DNA from: an uncultured Pseudomonadales bacterium
GTDB lineage: Bacteria > Patescibacteriota > Microgenomatia > UBA1400 > UBA12028
Reading direction: 5' to 3'
DNA length: 64,000 nt
Assembly: GCA_964635905.1 (NCBI GenBank)
Contig: CAZWPK010000005.1
Coordinates: forward strand, 4,695 to 68,694
Shown here: positions 38,540 through 48,387 of the stretch, piece after piece
How the letters are laid out: the number at the start of each line of letters is the position of its first letter
Position numbering within the stretch: the first letter of the stretch is position 1
Translations under genes and position numbers: made by a program
The notes under the pieces: model-generated
Told to the model about the DNA's origin: nothing
The model's input: the letters and a program-made list of their open reading frames with translations, nothing else
The model's database searches: none

Positions 38540-40618
38540 ATGTTAGATGCACTTCTCAATCCAACTACAATCGCTGTCATTGGAGTCTCCAAAGAGCCTC
38601 AAAAAGTTGGGCATCAAATCTTCTTAAACCTGCAACAGTTTCCCCATTCGGTGATTCCAATCCACCCCAAGCATCAAAAGATTTTAGGAAAAAAAGCGTA
38701 CCCGGATATCTTAAGCGTTCCCGCATCGATCGACTTGGCCATTATTACCACCCCTAAAGCTTTGGTTGAGGATCTCGTCTATCAATGCGTGGATAAAAAG
38801 GTGAAGGCGATCATCATCATTTCAGCGGGCTTTGCGGAAACAAATAAATCAGGTCTTAGACTGCAAACCAAGATTGCGCAGATCTGTGCCCGAAATCATA
38901 TTCTTTTGCTTGGACCTAATACTCTGGGTGCAATTAATCCGCGCGCAAAACTGAATGCAAGTTTTGCTCCCACCCACGTTCCGGTTGGAGATATCGCGGT
39001 GATCAGTCAGTCCGGAGCCATGTTAACCACGATCTTTTCTCAGCTAGTAAGTCGCAACATCGGGAGTTCCTTTGCGGTGTCTTTAGGAAACAGTGCGGGT
39101 ATTACCGTGTTAGACGCACTCGATCATGCTCATCACGATTCTCACACCGCCATGATCGCACTCTATCTAGAATCGATTCCCAACATCCCCAGGTTTTTTG
39201 CGAAATGTAAAGAAATCTCAAAACACAAACCCATTCTGTTACTAAAAGGCGGCACCACATCCCAAGGTGCGCGTGCCTCACTGTCGCACACGGCTGCCCT
39301 GGCAACGGATCATCGGTTAATCCTCGAAGGTCAATACCAGTTCGGGTATACCTGTGTAGAGACACTGGAACAATTTTTTGAAACGACCTTCTTTTTACAT
39401 TCTCTGATCCACAAACCCCAATTTGGGGGTACATTCCCCAAAAACCTCTTAATCGTCACCAATGCCGGTGGACCAGGAGTGAATGCAACGGATCTTGCAG
39501 CCAAGGCAGATCTTGAACTCGCCAGTTGGAGTCAGACTTCCCTTCGTGCCCTTGCCCGCTCAGTTCCGCGAATCTCCCCGAGCAATCCGACCGATCTTCT
39601 GGGTGATGCGAGTACGAAGGATGTACAGACCGTGCTAGAGATCGCGCACGATGATCCACTGGTAGAGGCCATCCTTTTGATTTTAACCCGTCAGTCGGTG
39701 ACCGATATTCCGGCGATCACCCACGCCATCATTGATTTGTTTCCCAAATTACACACCCCACTCATTGTCGCCTTGATGGGAGGGAAAGAAGAATATCGCT
39801 ATCTACAAAAGCTGCGCCAAGCGGGTATCACGACCGTTGAGTACCCCAATGAAGGCGTGGAAATTTTTTCCTGTTCAAATCATGTGCGACGCGCACAATT
39901 AGTCGATCGATCCGCAAAACTCATGGAAGAGTTAAAGCAATCGCTATCGGGATATCTTCCTGGGGAACCTGAACGCAAAAAATTCCCGCTTAAAACTAAT
40001 GAACTGTCATCGGTCTATTTATTACTGGAAGCCTATGGGTTTACTCTCCCGCGCGCCGCAATTGTAAAATCGTGCAGTCAATTAGACGAGCTCGATGCGC
40101 TCGATCCTGCCAGGGTCTACCCCCTCTTTGCCAAAACCGCCAACTTAAAGCTCAAGCATAAAGCAGTTTTAGGTGCTGTGATTGGAAATATCCAAAATAA
40201 GGAAGAAGCCGTTCAAGCATACGAACGGCTAAAAAAATTTGGTCCAAGTGTATTGTTTCAAGAGGTCATCACCGATGCGAGCGAAGTCATACTTGGATAT
40301 CGGAATGATCCAGAGTTTGGCAAGTTTATCGCTGTAGGGATGGGTGGAAGCCTCACAAACATCTTGGAGGATCGGGCCTACATTTTCCTCCCCGCTAGTA
40401 GCAAAGAAATTCGACAAGCTTTCCGTCGCACCAAACTCCATGCGTCAATGTCTACCGAGGAACGTTCACTCATACTCCTGTGTCTGGAACGATTACTAGC
40501 TGTCGCCATGGAACATCCCGAAATTGCCGAGCTTGAAATCAATCCACTCATGCTTGCCAATCATCAAGCGTTTGTCACTGACGTGAAGGTAGAACTACAA
40601 TCCCCAGATCTAACCTAG
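38540..40618 (+). CDS. ADP-forming acetate--CoA ligase (fused alpha-beta ACD)
   Basis: ISAGFAE, GPNTLG, SQSGA, SHT (phospho-His), NAGGPG, NPTDLLGD; ATP-grasp HK and EINP. Confidence 0.9.
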   Translation: MLDALLNPTTIAVIGVSKEPQKVGHQIFLNLQQFPHSVIPIHPKHQKILGKKAYPDILSVPASIDLAIITTPKALVEDLVYQCVDKKVKAIIIISAGFAETNKSGLRLQTKIAQICARNHILLLGPNTLGAINPRAKLNASFAPTHVPVGDIAVISQSGAMLTTIFSQLVSRNIGSSFAVSLGNSAGITVLDALDHAHHDSHTAMIALYLESIPNIPRFFAKCKEISKHKPILLLKGGTTSQGARASLSHTAALATDHRLILEGQYQFGYTCVETLEQFFETTFFLHSLIHKPQFGGTFPKNLLIVTNAGGPGVNATDLAAKADLELASWSQTSLRALARSVPRISPSNPTDLLGDASTKDVQTVLEIAHDDPLVEAILLILTRQSVTDIPAITHAIIDLFPKLHTPLIVALMGGKEEYRYLQKLRQAGITTVEYPNEGVEIFSCSNHVRRAQLVDRSAKLMEELKQSLSGYLPGEPERKKFPLKTNELSSVYLLLEAYGFTLPRAAIVKSCSQLDELDALDPARVYPLFAKTANLKLKHKAVLGAVIGNIQNKEEAVQAYERLKKFGPSVLFQEVITDASEVILGYRNDPEFGKFIAVGMGGSLTNILEDRAYIFLPASSKEIRQAFRRTKLHASMSTEERSLILLCLERLLAVAMEHPEIAELEINPLMLANHQAFVTDVKVELQSPDLT

Positions 40619-40659
40619 AAAAATACACAAAAGCAGGATAAAATCAGCTACATCTGAAT

Positions 40660-42519
40660 ATGACGAAATCATCATTTAACTGGAAAATTGGAGGAAAGGC
40701 TGGCGAAGGAATTGCAGCTACCTCTTTTTTAATGGCCAAGATCTGTCAAAAAGCAGGTCTCTCCCTTTTTGAATACGGTGAATACCCCTCACTTATCCGA
40801 GGAAGTCATACAACCGGTCAAGTCCACGCTTCCGCTGATCCGGTGTCCTGTCAAGAAAAAATGGTCGACTTAATGGTGGTGCTGAATGAAGATTGTATAA
40901 GACTCCATCTGGATGAGTTCACACCACAAACAAAGTTCTTAATTGATTTAGCCGATGACAAAATTGATTTTTCCAAATATCCAAGTATTTCGAAAGAACA
41001 AGTGATCTCTGTCCCCATGGTGCAAATTGCACGAGACACAACTGGGAAAAGTTTAGCTTCCAACATGGTCAGCCTTGCCGTTAGCTGTGAGCTCCTAGGC
41101 CTCAAGCAGGAGTATTTGCATGCCGTCATCACTGCATTCTTTGAACGCAAAGGGGCAGAGGTAGTCAATGAAAATCTTGCTGCGGCGAAAAAAGGACATG
41201 AATTCATCCTCTCCTTACAGCAAGACATAACAAAACTTCCAACTGCACCTTCTGATCCATCGTTGGATTCGGGTGGGGAGTCTGTAGAAGCAAGCACACT
41301 TGCCTCTGACCCGCTTACTGCCGGAGAACCCGCTGAGAAGCAACAAGCAATGTCAGAAACGGCTTCTAGCGATCAACCAGCCTCTGACACACTCCTACTC
41401 ACTGGAACCGAAGCAATTGGCTTTGGTGCCCTCTCTGCGGGTGTGCAATATTATAGTGCCTACCCAATGACACCCTCCTCTGCCTTAATGACCTTTATGG
41501 CGGATGCTTCCGAAAAATATCCTCTTGTTCTCAAACATGCAGAAGATGAGATTGCAGCCATGAATAATGTGATTGGGGCAGGCTTTACGGGTGTGCGTGC
41601 GATGACCGGAACCGCCGGGGGTGGCTTTGCCTTAATGGTGGAAGCCGTTTCCCTTGCCGGCGTCACGGAGGTTCCATTGGTCTGTATGGTCGGAGGTCGC
41701 CCTGGCCCTGCTACCGGCCTTCCTACCTGGACATCACAGACAGATCTCTCCTTTGTGCTCCATGCGGGCCATGGAGAATTCCCCAGAATTGTGTTCACCC
41801 CTGGAAACCTAGAAGAATGTTTCAAATTGACACGACTGTCATTTATCTTGGCAGAAAAATACCATACCCAAGCCTACATCATTGCGGACAAACTTCTCTT
41901 AGAGTCGCGCATGACCACGCTTCCTTTTCCAACAGAATATAGTAATCAACAATATTCCTTTGCGCAGGATCCATTGCCTGAAGACCAGTCGTATCGACGG
42001 TTTGAAGTTACCAAAGAAGGCTATTCTCCACGCTCCATCCCTGGTCAGCCGAACGGACTACAACTCACTAACTCCTACGAACATGATACGTATGGATATG
42101 CCACTGAAGATGCAACCCTGGCAAAACAAATGGTTGAAAAGCGGATGCGCAAATGGGATGGATTAATTGCGGAAGTTCCAGGTCCAGTTCTCATCGGTCC
42201 AGAAAGTGCGGATCTTACGGTTGTCTGCTGGGGAAGTACGCGATTGGTCATGGAAGAAGTACTCCGACAAGTCAATGTCGATGGAAAAACAGCCGTAAAC
42301 ACGATTCATTTGATGACCATGCTGCCGTTTAAAGTGGAGGAGTTTAAAGCATTAGTCGGTGCGGCAAAGAAACTTGTGATCATTGAAGAAAATTTCATGG
42401 GTCAAGCAGAGAACCATATTAAAGCTCAAACTGGAATCACCTTTGACCATCGTATTCATCGTTATGATGGTCGTCCCTTCTATGCGGATGACATCGTAGA
42501 GGAGTTACAAGCAATTTAA
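40660..42519 (+). CDS. 2-oxoacid:ferredoxin oxidoreductase alpha subunit (gamma-alpha fusion)
   Basis: GGKAGEG, EYPSLIRG, YPMTPSS, EDEIAA, RPGPATGLPT. Confidence 0.95.
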   Translation: MTKSSFNWKIGGKAGEGIAATSFLMAKICQKAGLSLFEYGEYPSLIRGSHTTGQVHASADPVSCQEKMVDLMVVLNEDCIRLHLDEFTPQTKFLIDLADDKIDFSKYPSISKEQVISVPMVQIARDTTGKSLASNMVSLAVSCELLGLKQEYLHAVITAFFERKGAEVVNENLAAAKKGHEFILSLQQDITKLPTAPSDPSLDSGGESVEASTLASDPLTAGEPAEKQQAMSETASSDQPASDTLLLTGTEAIGFGALSAGVQYYSAYPMTPSSALMTFMADASEKYPLVLKHAEDEIAAMNNVIGAGFTGVRAMTGTAGGGFALMVEAVSLAGVTEVPLVCMVGGRPGPATGLPTWTSQTDLSFVLHAGHGEFPRIVFTPGNLEECFKLTRLSFILAEKYHTQAYIIADKLLLESRMTTLPFPTEYSNQQYSFAQDPLPEDQSYRRFEVTKEGYSPRSIPGQPNGLQLTNSYEHDTYGYATEDATLAKQMVEKRMRKWDGLIAEVPGPVLIGPESADLTVVCWGSTRLVMEEVLRQVNVDGKTAVNTIHLMTMLPFKVEEFKALVGAAKKLVIIEENFMGQAENHIKAQTGITFDHRIHRYDGRPFYADDIVEELQAI

Positions 42520-42527
42520 AGGAAACT

Positions 42528-42827
42528 ATGACAGAAAAAACCACCAGCCGTTGGCAAGATGATCCGGAGATGTTCATTCCTCTTGAACCTGAGCAACTAC
42601 TAGAAATTCGTCGAGCCGTAGCGGCAGAGGGCACCGCACGACAAGAAGAGTTACGAATAGCTATTCAAGCCATTTTAAGGGAAAGAGGTCCGATGACTGG
42701 AACTGCACTAGGTGCTGAACTCAGGAACCGCTTTTCAGATGTATCAGACCATGAATTTCTTATCACCAGATTATCATTAGGCTATCCCATCGACCCAAGG
42801 GAGATGTTTACACTTATACAAGAATAA
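42528..42827 (+). CDS. Hypothetical protein inside the oxidoreductase operon
   Basis: Own AAAGGA SD; 8 and 5 nt gaps to the flanking genes. Confidence 0.7.
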   Translation: MTEKTTSRWQDDPEMFIPLEPEQLLEIRRAVAAEGTARQEELRIAIQAILRERGPMTGTALGAELRNRFSDVSDHEFLITRLSLGYPIDPREMFTLIQE

Positions 42828-42832
42828 CTAGT

Positions 42833-43693
42833 ATGCCAAACGTATCCGAAGTCACCCTCAAAACCCCCAACTTCCCCACCTGGTGTCCAGGTTGTGGAGA
42901 CTATGGAATTTGGTCTGCAATTAAAAAAGCACTCTCAGAGCTAGCAATCCCCCAAGAAGATCTTGTTATCGTCTTTGGAGTTGGATGTAGTGGAAACATG
43001 GCGGACTTTTTACGTTCCTATGGGTTTCATGCACTGCACGGACGCGCTCTACCAGTAGCCGAAGCCATTAAACTGGCAAACCATCGCTTAAAAGTATTGA
43101 TCGTTGCCGGAGACGGAGATACGTATGGCGAAGGCATGGGTCATTTCATTGCCGCATGTCGGGGCAACCATGATATTACGCTGTTGGTTCACAACAATCA
43201 GGTCTATGGACTAACGACCGGACAAGCAGCCCCAACCACTCCCAAGGAGCGAAAAACAAAATCAACCCCAATGGGACAAGTCGAAGTCCCGGTCAATCCA
43301 ATTGCCTTAGCAGTGTCCTCCGGGGCAACCTTTGTGGCACGTGGTTATGCGGGCAATATTCCCGTGACCGCGGATCTGATCAAAAAGGGCTTAAACCATA
43401 CCGGGTTTTCATTGGTGGACGTCTTACAACCCTGTGTGACTTTTAACAAAGTAAATACCCACGGCTGGTATAACGAGCATTTGGATATTCTTCCTTCTGA
43501 CACAGAAATGACCAGTAAAGAAGCAGCTTGGAAGTTGAGTGAAGATCCAGAAAAATTGCATTTGGGAGTCTATTTTGAGGACACGACCAAACTTGCCTAC
43601 CACCAAACGATTCCGTGTTTGTCAGAAAAAAGTCTGACAGAGCAATTTCAAACGACTGTTTCACTCAAGCAGCATCTCGATAATTATCGCTAA
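42833..43693 (+). CDS. 2-oxoacid:ferredoxin oxidoreductase beta subunit
   Basis: WCPGCG, GVGCS, HGR, GDGD, NN.VYGLT.GQ, QPCVTFN. Confidence 0.96.
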   Translation: MPNVSEVTLKTPNFPTWCPGCGDYGIWSAIKKALSELAIPQEDLVIVFGVGCSGNMADFLRSYGFHALHGRALPVAEAIKLANHRLKVLIVAGDGDTYGEGMGHFIAACRGNHDITLLVHNNQVYGLTTGQAAPTTPKERKTKSTPMGQVEVPVNPIALAVSSGATFVARGYAGNIPVTADLIKKGLNHTGFSLVDVLQPCVTFNKVNTHGWYNEHLDILPSDTEMTSKEAAWKLSEDPEKLHLGVYFEDTTKLAYHQTIPCLSEKSLTEQFQTTVSLKQHLDNYR

Positions 43694-44328
43694 CGCAGCG
43701 TTTTATGCTTTGATTGAATAAATGAGCCTCGAGCTTTATTAATCAGTAGGAAGAGGATCCCGGCTCCGATTGCAGCAATCACCACGTACTGAAATCCCTT
43801 CATGTAGTTTTCAATATGATGCCAGTTCTGGCCTAGTTTTAAAGCCATGAATGCTAACGCATAGCACCAGACAAACGCTCCGGAAAACGTAAAGAAGATA
43901 AATTTCTTAAAATCCATGCGTAAGACTCCAGGAGGAAGAGACACATAGGTTCGCACCACGGGAAGCAATTGTGCCACAAAGACGGCTTTGTCACCATATT
44001 TTCGTAACCATTCCTCACCCTTTTTAAATTCTTCTTCCTGCACCCCCACATACTTGCCGTATTTGAGCATTAAGGGTTTCCCTCCTTTGTGACCAATGGT
44101 ATACAGGATCGTTGATCCTGTAGCGTTGCCAAGAGCTCCTGCCAAAGCTGCCCAAAATAAATTCAGTTTCCCTAAGAAGACAAAAAATCCTGCCAGTCCC
44201 ATGATGGCTTCCGATGGTAAGGGAATTGCAGCAGATTCAATTGTCATCCCTAACCAAATTCCGATATATCCAAATCGCTCTACCAATAATGTCGCAAACG
44301 CAAATAACTGTTCTAACACCGCATGCAT
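43690..44328 (-). CDS. DedA family membrane protein
   Basis: ESAAIPLPSE, LLPVVRTYVSLP.G. Confidence 0.92.
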   Translation of the reverse strand: MHAVLEQLFAFATLLVERFGYIGIWLGMTIESAAIPLPSEAIMGLAGFFVFLGKLNLFWAALAGALGNATGSTILYTIGHKGGKPLMLKYGKYVGVQEEEFKKGEEWLRKYGDKAVFVAQLLPVVRTYVSLPPGVLRMDFKKFIFFTFSGAFVWCYALAFMALKLGQNWHHIENYMKGFQYVVIAAIGAGILFLLINKARGSFIQSKHKTLR

Positions 44329-44495
44329 ACGATCCTTTCAACGATCAAAAAGAGTAACTATCGAATAAAAAATTCGTTATTCAATGAATACTGCATTCTA
44401 GCGCAAACTCTTACGAAAAAATATGATCGAGGGTTCTCAAACCAGGGGAATTTATACTATAATGCTCCTTCAAGCATAGCTAGAGGATTCCCATC

Positions 44496-45155
44496 ATGAG
44501 CATTTTCGATCAAGCCGCATCTGTCATCGAGCAGCTTTCCCTTCGTATTCCCATTGGGCTCTATACCCTGGTAGCATCCTTCATCGAAGAAATTATTGCT
44601 CCCATTCCTTCCCCGTTCGTCATGACGTCCGCAGGATCCATCGCCGCCGCGCAAGGAAAAACAGTGGCATTTTTATTTTTGTTAGCCCTCCTTGGCGCAG
44701 TCGGTAAGACCCTGGGATCGCTTGTTCTTTATTTCATTGCTGATAAAGCCGAGGATACGATCGTAAAAAAATACGGACGGTTCTTTGGAATCACCCATCG
44801 TGAACTCGAAAGTATTGGGAAGCACTTCAAAGGTCACTGGCGAGATGATTTCATGTTGGCCGGACTTCGCGCTCTACCCATCATTCCCAGTGCTCCGATT
44901 TCGATTGTTTGTGGAATCATCAAGGTTCCCCTTCGAACCTATATTGTTTCTACGTTTACTGGGACTACCATCCGAAATCTCTTATTCTTGTATTTTGGAT
45001 ATGCGGGACTGGGAAGTTATCAAACGATTGTGAACGGAATGGAAAGTGTAGAGTCCATCGTGCAAGTTGCAATGGCAGTGACCATCGGCTTAATTATCGT
45101 CTGGTTTTATTGGAAACGACATCAGCGCAATATAAAATTAGGCAAAGATACCTAA
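44496..45155 (+). CDS. DedA/VTT family membrane protein
   Basis: EEIIAPIPS, RALPIIPS..IS..CG. Confidence 0.88.
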   Translation: MSIFDQAASVIEQLSLRIPIGLYTLVASFIEEIIAPIPSPFVMTSAGSIAAAQGKTVAFLFLLALLGAVGKTLGSLVLYFIADKAEDTIVKKYGRFFGITHRELESIGKHFKGHWRDDFMLAGLRALPIIPSAPISIVCGIIKVPLRTYIVSTFTGTTIRNLLFLYFGYAGLGSYQTIVNGMESVESIVQVAMAVTIGLIIVWFYWKRHQRNIKLGKDT

Positions 45156-46189
45156 AGTTCTTCGTTTGCTTCTTCTGTTACCTGGGCAAGTCGTTGCGTT
45201 TCTTTGGCTTCACCACTCAACTGGCGCATGTTCGTCAGTCCTCGACCTAACACCGATAGTGTTTGCGATGACGTTACATACATGTTTGAGGCATTCGTGA
45301 GATGCTTTCCCATTGTTTGGTATTGCTGTTCAAAGTGCACAAAGTCCTTTTGAATCCCACGAAGAAGTTTGAATGCTTCTTTGGTTTTTCCTTCCATCTT
45401 CTTGCCTTCAAAGGACAGCAAAATGGTTTGTAAGTGCGCATACATCGTTGTCGGTGACACAGGATAGACACGATGATTTCTGGCGTACTCCAATAAAGTA
45501 TCATTGGCAGCAATCTCATAGAACACGGTCTCCGACGGCACATACATCAATGCAAAATCCATGGTTCCTTCTTCCGGAAGAATATACTTTGTTGCGATTG
45601 CATCAATATGTTTTTTGACATCACGCACAAAGTCTTTCTTTGACACCTCACGCTCCTGCTGTGTTTCCCCTTTGAGCATTGCCTGGAAGTTTTCCATGGG
45701 AAACTTGGAATCGATGGGAAGAATGCCGGCATCAGTTTGAATCGCAGCATCCACGATGGATCCCGATTTGAAGCGATGTTGTAAAAAGAAATGCTGTTTG
45801 GGAAAGACTTGGGAAATCAAATCCGAGAGCACGCGCTCTCCCAAATTTCCTCGAAGTTTGGGTGACTTCAGGAGCGCATCCAAATCTTTCATCGAACGAC
45901 TGATTTCAGAAAATTGACCGGCTTCACGTTTCAATTCTCCGATGATATCGGAAGCCTTGGTCAGTCGTTCATGAATGTCGCGGGTTTGTTGCTGCATGGT
46001 TGAAGAAATTTGCGCCGTGGACACTCGGGAGGAATCCAAGAGTGTTTGTTGAAGTTGCTGCATCTGCAATTGGGTACTTTTTACCCACTCCAGTAACGCA
46101 GGATCTTGCGTCGTTTTCTTTTGCGTGAGCAAGTAGAAAATGATCCCGACGAGAACGCAACATAAGACAGCTAGAAGGACAGAAACCAT
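45152..46189 (-). CDS. rmuC: DNA recombination protein RmuC
   Basis: N-terminal TM and coiled coil; RGNLGE, IDSKFP, KYI.P..T.DFA.MYVPSE, SPTT. Confidence 0.93.
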   Translation of the reverse strand: MVSVLLAVLCCVLVGIIFYLLTQKKTTQDPALLEWVKSTQLQMQQLQQTLLDSSRVSTAQISSTMQQQTRDIHERLTKASDIIGELKREAGQFSEISRSMKDLDALLKSPKLRGNLGERVLSDLISQVFPKQHFFLQHRFKSGSIVDAAIQTDAGILPIDSKFPMENFQAMLKGETQQEREVSKKDFVRDVKKHIDAIATKYILPEEGTMDFALMYVPSETVFYEIAANDTLLEYARNHRVYPVSPTTMYAHLQTILLSFEGKKMEGKTKEAFKLLRGIQKDFVHFEQQYQTMGKHLTNASNMYVTSSQTLSVLGRGLTNMRQLSGEAKETQRLAQVTEEANEEL

Positions 46190-46242
46190 AGAAAACCAGT
46201 ATAGCATTCAGGAACCATGGGAATCAGTATCGGAAAATTAAT

Positions 46243-46576
46243 GCTTGGGTATCTGTAAGCCAGATTCTGTCAAAGGATAATCATTTCTCTAAGCCTGCAT
46301 CTTGATCACCCGTGTTGCTTTTGGCAACACAAAGGGGAAGCTTCCATTATGGTGAAGGTCGTCAGTTGCAGCGGGGAGGATTGCCACGAATGCTGTTACG
46401 CAGTCGTATCCAAACACTTGATCGTTTCAGCCGGCGCTACCCGGATCGTCTCTGTTGCTCTAACTATGTAATTGCAAAAGCAATCACCCTTTGATCTTAT
46501 TCAAAGCACCCTGCTTCCAGCTGTCTGGACTTTCCTCTTCTACAGTTAAGTAAAAGCGATTACCCGATACCCAAGC
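46243..46576 (-). ncRNA. rnpB: RNase P RNA
   Basis: Minus strand GAGGAAAGTCC, AGAGCAACAGA, TGAAACG, GGCAATCC...GCAA, AGAGAAATGAT, ACAGAATCTGGCTTA; P1 GCTTGGGTATC/GATACCCAAGC. Confidence 0.95.
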
Positions 46577-46709
46577 CTCTCTATTATACGTCGTGAAGCC
46601 AAACTCCCCAACCCTGCGATTATTTTCACCTTTAAGCCAAGACAGGTTTTGTTGAATCTGGGCAATCGTGGTACAGTAGCACTATATACGCTGGAAATTA
46701 AGGAGATTT

Positions 46710-47405
46710 ATGGATGGTTACGCTGTTTCCCCCTTCCAAGCAGGTGTGGCTGAAAGTGTTTCGATCGCATTTACCCAACTGGTTACCTTTCTACCCAAGC
46801 TCGCCTCAGCTCTATTAGTTGGGATGATTGGGCTATTTTTGGCACGCGCACTCCGTCGATTTGTGGTTACTTCACTCTCTCGATTGAAACTCTCCAGTAG
46901 TTTAGAGAAAACCCCAGTCGCAGAATTCTTAAAGAATTCTGAGGTTGGACATACCGCAGAAAGCGTTGCCGGAAGTGTCGTCTATTGGATCTTCATGCTG
47001 TTTGTCATCTACACCGTGGTTACTATTCTTGGATTAGATACCGCCTCTGCGCTTTTGAATCGCGTGCTCTTCTATATTCCTAGAGTTGTCTCCGCCATCC
47101 TCATCTTTATCTTTGGGGTGTTACTTGCTGGGATTGCTGAAGCACTCGTGAAAGGAATGATTAAGTCCATCGATCCCAAAACAGGACGACTGGTGGGAAA
47201 AATCTCCAGTTACCTAATCATCGTTCTTGCCTCGATGGCAGCAATCAGTGAACTAGGAATTGCACAACAATTTATCACCATCCTCTTTACTGGATTTGTG
47301 GTTGCTGTCTCACTAGCAATCGGACTTGCATTCGGACTCGGTAGCAAAGATACGGTGAATCGCATGATGGGCGAATGGTACGATCGCATGCGCAAAGATG
47401 AATAG
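46710..47405 (+). CDS. TM_helix-repeat membrane protein (small mechanosensitive-channel associated)
   Basis: Repeats FLPKL..ALL and YIPRV..AIL; AIGLAFGLG.KD. Confidence 0.8.
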   Translation: MDGYAVSPFQAGVAESVSIAFTQLVTFLPKLASALLVGMIGLFLARALRRFVVTSLSRLKLSSSLEKTPVAEFLKNSEVGHTAESVAGSVVYWIFMLFVIYTVVTILGLDTASALLNRVLFYIPRVVSAILIFIFGVLLAGIAEALVKGMIKSIDPKTGRLVGKISSYLIIVLASMAAISELGIAQQFITILFTGFVVAVSLAIGLAFGLGSKDTVNRMMGEWYDRMRKDE

Positions 47406-47432
47406 ACTCTAAATTAAGATTGAACTGTAAGC

Positions 47433-47460
47433 AAAACGCCCCTTGTATAGGGGCGTTTTT
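47433..47460. terminator. Bidirectional intrinsic terminator
   Basis: AAAACGCCCCT-TGTAT-AGGGGCGTTTTT between convergent genes. Confidence 0.9.
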
Positions 47461-47479
47461 AAATAGTCGTCAACAGCTA

Positions 47480-48100
47480 TTAGACAGAGAACTTCCGGAT
47501 GAGTCCAACGCACTTTCCTTGAATCCGCACCCGTGTCGCAAAGATGGGTTGCATCTTGGAGTTGGCTGGCTCTAAGCGAATTCGTGTGGCTTCTTTGTAG
47601 AACTTTTTGAGTGTTGCCAGTCCGTTATCCAATAAGGCAACCACAATGTCACCATTGGCAACTTCTTGCTGCTCTTCAATCACCACGTAATCACCATCGA
47701 GGATTCCCTCTTCGACCATAGAGTCTCCTTTGACTTGGAGAACATAGGCGCGCTTTTTCCCAGTGATGAGCTCTGGGGAAACTTTGAAAGTCGCATTAGG
47801 ATCGGTGTAGGGAGCAATCGGTTGACCTGCCGCAATGAAACCTAATAAGGGAAGATCAACGGCATCCGTAAGGCGTAAAAACGTTCGGTCCACAAGTTCC
47901 AATCCCCGTACAGTCCCTTCATATTTTTTAATCACACCTTTGCGAATAAGTGCCTGCAAATGTTCATGCACGGTGGCTAACGAAGACACCCCAATCGAAT
48001 CGGCGATCTCTTGCAGGGTTGGAGAATAGCCGTTCTTTTGGATATATTGGGCAATAAAGTCTACAATTTGTCGCTGTCTCTTATACAGAGTGATCGGCAT
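47480..48100 (-). CDS. lexA: SOS repressor LexA
   Basis: GYSPTLQEIA HTH, IAAG cleavage site, GDSM Ser, ATLKK Lys; AAGGAG SD before ATG at 48100. Confidence 0.97.
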   Translation of the reverse strand: MPITLYKRQRQIVDFIAQYIQKNGYSPTLQEIADSIGVSSLATVHEHLQALIRKGVIKKYEGTVRGLELVDRTFLRLTDAVDLPLLGFIAAGQPIAPYTDPNATFKVSPELITGKKRAYVLQVKGDSMVEEGILDGDYVVIEEQQEVANGDIVVALLDNGLATLKKFYKEATRIRLEPANSKMQPIFATRVRIQGKCVGLIRKFSV

Positions 48101-48200
48101 ACTCTTCTCCTTTTGTACTAATACCCCAAGTCGATAATTACAGTGGCGTACGGAGACTTCTTTTCTTCCTAGCGTGGAATAATAAAAAGAGAGGTGTTTC

Positions 48201-48234
48201 GTTCGGTGATATGTCGGGGGAACACAAACCGAAC
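48201..48234. promoter_or_regulatory. Candidate LexA operator sites (TTCGG period-11 repeats)
   Basis: TTCGG-N6-GTCGG on + and TTCGG-N6-TTCCC on -, in the divergent lexA/uvrB intergenic region. Confidence 0.5.
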
Positions 48235-48387
48235 AAAGATACCCTTTTCCGTAGTTAACCCACCATACCCAAAAATCCACCAAATGGTCAACTGGATCAA
48301 TATCAATCGATACCGATCACTCTTCTGTTTCTCTCTGGTGTGTGAAATGAAATTGGTTCAAAGACCGAAACGTGCGATAATAACCCG

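Noticed and set aside
46312-46494. 60-aa ORF in the track
   Set aside because: Antisense to the RNase P RNA gene; spurious
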